Positions 60,701 to 64,000 of a DNA stretch of 64,000 bases are shown piece by piece. The DNA lies in NCBI GenBank assembly GCA_043228905.1, contig JBHGNT010000013.1:1364001-1428000 (forward strand). Direction: 5' to 3'. The stretch's first letter is position 1. Every line of letters starts with the position of its first letter. Source of the stretch: Azolla caroliniana. Taxonomy: Eukaryota > Plantae > Polypodiophyta. Both the position numbers and the translations under genes were made by a program. Below the pieces are notes generated by a model, which was not told the origin of the DNA, did no database searches, and was given only the letters and a program-made list of their open reading frames with translations.

Positions 60701-63700
60701 TTGGTCCCGGCGTGGTTCTTGGTGTCGCTCATCGCCCGAGCTTTCTTCATATCGCCGGTGGTCTCGATATTGCCGCTACTTCCCACGATAATCATTGAAG
60801 CCGCCACATTTCTTTGTCGGCCGGTGATTCTCATAGCGCCAGCCTCCTTTAGCATAACTCGGGGGACCACGGTAATCCTCATCCTCTGGTTCGTCTTCCT
60901 CGGAATCGTTATGAGTTCGGCGATTCCGGTGGTGCCGGTCATCACGTGGGTTGCGATCCAGATACCATGGTCGGTCCTCTTGCCTCCTTTGTTCAGTACG
61001 TCGTGGGGGACACTGTGTGTCCATGCTGCGTACTGTGGGAGCGGCTCTGTTCAACATATTGTATTCGCACTGTTCGACTGTGTGAGCCTTCGAGTGGTAG
61101 ATTGGGTGGTGGATTCGCATGTTGCACTCCACTACGGAATGCCCCGAGTTCAACCAAATCGTGCACTGGATTGCTTGACGAAACTGTCGTTCCTCGTCTT
61201 GGGGTAACGCTTGTCGTAATGAGGACATAGAAAACCTTTCCTCCTCCTCGTCCAGCTCGAGCTGTAACGCTCGTTCAATGACAATATCCGTCGTTTCCCC
61301 TTTCACGCTATTGTTGTTCAGCGTTGTTCGTATGGGTCAACGTAATGCTGCCAGAAATGTCTCCCGAGCCTCGTCCTCTACGGGGCTCCGTTCCAGTTTC
61401 CGCCGTAAATTTTGGAAACGTAAGCTGAAGTTTGCGATCGTCTCGGTAGGCAGTTGCTTAATTGTATAGAATTGTCCGAGAATTTCGCATTGCAGAACCC
61501 TCCGATGGAAGAACTGCAAAAAGGCAGACTGCAGCTGATCGAAGATCGTGATTGCTTGCAAATCCATCTGGGAATACCAAAATGCTGCTCGCCCATCCAA
61601 TGTTAACCTGAACTCTGTCATTTTGGACTGGTGCGCTACTGCCTCAGAAAGGCTCTGCGCCATGTGGTTTGCATTCCAGACATTGAGGAACATGCAAATA
61701 TGAGTTGCGGCGTCGGTTTCGCTGTTAAAGCAGGGATAGGCAAACGCCATGCTGGGGGCTACGGCAGGTCGGGGAAGAACACAATGCTACTGTGGTGAGC
61801 ATGCTCCCCGCATATCGTCGAGGTATTTGGAGAGCGGAAAATCACCTTTGTGATCACGACATGTAGTACTAAGGTCACTGAGGTAAGGCTTTTGCCGTCC
61901 GCATTCCTCTGCCTGGCGTGTGATGGACCTTATGATTGGCCAGTCTTCTCGTGTTGGTTCTCTGGGGCGTCTGCGGCTAAACATCCATTTGTCGTTGTTT
62001 GTCTGTGAGAAGACACAGATCACCAAGCGTGCCAAAAGTGTTACCGATTAGGAACACGGTCTACAGTCAGTCCTTCGACCTAGACCTCCAAGTGACTGTG
62101 AAACAATGAACGGTGGCGTCTATGCGTAATACGTAGGGGAATGTTCCCCGAAACCTAAGAGGGTATAAGGGAGACAACTACAACCACACTCCTTAACAGT
62201 GGCTACACACTCACGTTGCTTACTTCTACACTCTCAAGTATTACAGGCATACAGTAGATTAGTCATAGCTATACATAGTTATCAGAGATGATGGAATTCT
62301 ATTACGATATGCTTCTTTACATTCCAAAATTACACGCTACCTCTATCAGAGGTTTTCTGCCCTTTATATACGCAGGGTCTTTTTAGCCGTTCACGCTTCC
62401 TGTGTGAACCATTACATGCGGTACAATCTTATATTATTTCCTATTCCTACGCTCTTGTCCGTCGGTTACTATTCCGGCGGACAACAGTGTTAGAGAAAGA
62501 GATATTAATGGAGTTCACGACGGAAGACTCGACAAGGATGACTGGACATGCTTTGATGAAGTGGATAGAGAAGAAGAATAAGAAGATGAGCACTTCGAGG
62601 GTGTATGATGAATTCAACCAGATGTTTAGTCGTCTCCCCAATACGGACCAAGTGGTGCTTGAGGAGAACAAGACTTTATACTTCTTGAAAGCCGTGGCCA
62701 TGAAGGATAGACGAGAATTGGGGACTCTTCTCGAAGACGATACCCAAGCAAATGGGTTTGTAGCGAACTGGATCGCGGTGAAACGAGCGTGCAATAGGCT
62801 CGACAAGTGTCGTCAATGGGTTGATGGCACCGACTTGGCAGGATCGACTGTCACGGATAAAAGGAGACAACCAAAATTATCTAAGCCACCCATACAAAGT
62901 AACCTGGAAGAAAAGAAGATTGACGACGACATCATCGAAGAACTAGCAAAGCAGTTCGAGACGGTCACACTAGCCAACATGAATTGTCGAGGGCCCAAAG
63001 GAAAAGAACCCTTTAGATGCGTGTGGTGCGATAGCATGGACCACATGAGAAGATATTGTTCGAGCCTTCGAGATGCCATTCGACAAAATATCGTGTACAT
63101 GGATGGCAACATGATCTGCTCGAGTGAGACTAGGAGACCCCTACGAGTGAATTTCGGAAGAGGGGGAATGAAGAAAGCTATGGAGGATGCCAAGGTGACT
63201 CATGTGGATGCGATGCACTATGCTGTGTTTGGCCGGAATAAGAGTCGGGAAAGACAAAAATGAATCTGTGAAAGTGGGAGCAAAGTTTTGCACTTCCGTT
63301 CTCGAGTATGAGAAGAAGGGGAAGGTCACATCGAACAAGTTAGAGCTTGCGGACCGAAGCGTGCAAAGCATAACCGGGTGGTCGGATCCGGTGGATGAAA
63401 ACACTATACTCGCAGAAGTGATGTGCAACAACCACAAGGTGTTTGTTGAAGAAAAGAGAAAAAGAATAGAAGAGCAAGGCCCATCAAAAAGACATGAAAC
63501 AAGGAATGCGAAAAAGAAAGAAGATGTAGAAACAAGTCGACCCTTACAAATGGAGGAAGGAGACGCTAGCCGAAAAGTGGAGTCAATCAAATGAGTCAAA
63601 GAAACGGTTCGGCCCGTGAAGATTGGTGTCGAAGACCCTGCTCGAAAGACAAGGACTATGCCTACCTATAACCTAAGGTTGGACATAGAGCAAACGACAG

Positions 63701-64000
63701 ACCTGAAGAGGATTCTCGAGGAACGCGTTCTTGATAGCCATGTGACTTTGTCCTTGAGGGAATTACTCGGCATTACAAAGGAGTTCCATGACACGATCAT
63801 CGACCTTGTAAAAAGAAAGAGGCAACAATCGGACGAGGAAGAAGAGAAGCCAAAAAAAGCAAAGATAAATGCCATAACAATGGCAAGGGACGAAGTCGAT
63901 GAAGATATGGTGGACAGCCACTATACTCGACCTCATTGGGCACAAGTGACAACGGAGACACCTATGAAGATCGGGGAGAAGAAAGAGACCGTGGTAGCCT

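Larger units (their letters stand above)
53072..61984 (-). pseudogene. Gypsy C gag-pol, degenerate, interrupted by E5 in integrase
   Basis: VIDGGS protease; VFLDDF RT; NYSTTEREALG RNase H; GGHY..CDLCQ..WGLDFVGP integrase; LQFRWTCPY GPY/F-like tail. Confidence 0.9.
45322..62486 (-). mobile_element. Non-chromoviral Ty3/gypsy element C (Athila/Selgy-like, tentative) with extra 3' ORF
   Basis: LTRs 45322-45766 and 62039-62486; TSD GTGTT at 45317-45321 and 62487-62491; PBS-like TGGCACGC on the minus strand ending at 62034 (resembles tRNA-Arg primers). Confidence 0.93.
13023..64000 (+). mobile_element. tRNA-Trp-primed Ty3/gypsy element E1 (Phygy-like, tentative); 5' LTR split as 13023-13840 + 44732-44950; continues beyond window
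   Basis: LTR termini TGTCGTGAAG...CTTCACGACA. PBS TGGTGAACCCGACGTGAA at 44959-44976 is complementary to the 3' end of plant tRNA-Trp. Gag is homologous to E2 gag. Confidence 0.85.
45023..64000 (+). pseudogene. E1 gag (45023-45321 + 62492-64000), split by gypsy C
   Basis: KTTWSV|LEKEILMEF rejoins in frame across the GTGTT TSD. CVWCDSMDHMRRYC knuckle. HYTRPHWAQVTTETP precedes the protease, as in E2. Confidence 0.88.

Noticed and set aside
34208-61207. Long antisense ORFs (34208-34834, 47807-48433, 55179-55832, 59605-60156, 60629-61207)
   Set aside because: Shadows of biased-composition gag/pol frames with no independent motifs.

Overview
Almost the whole window is a nest of plant transposable elements with no clear host gene. 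Tcn1-like chromoviruses and tRNA-Trp-primed Ty3/gypsy elements suggest a bryophyte- or lycophyte-type genome (inference). Termini and target-site duplications (TSDs) give this nesting order: degenerate copia (5.2-8.9 kb) <- Tcn1-like A (8904) <- non-chromoviral gypsy B (10261) <- tRNA-Trp gypsy E1 (13023 to beyond 64000) <- Sola-like DNA transposon (13841-44727; 36-bp TIRs, AATG TSD) <- tRNA-Trp gypsy E2 (15346-37302) <- Tcn1-like B (16159-27412) <- intact young copia (18879-24430). Also present are three gag-only LTR elements, gypsy A, gypsy C (45322-62486) and two solo LTRs. Top observation: the ~8.9-kb Sola-like transposon carries, divergent from its transposase, a spliced gene (pseudogenised here) encoding a ParB/Srx-like domain fused to a bacterial-type beta-class N6-adenine/N4-cytosine DNA methyltransferase. 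Nine exactly 51-bp-spaced palindromes lie in its first intron. Other highlights: a gag-only element whose 3' LTR is flipped yet still flanked by a TSD; a central CG in all four complete TSDs of the tRNA-Trp family; and antisense tRNA-like A/B-box modules near the U3 start of LTRs from unrelated families. All calls were made by eye; no database searches were run.
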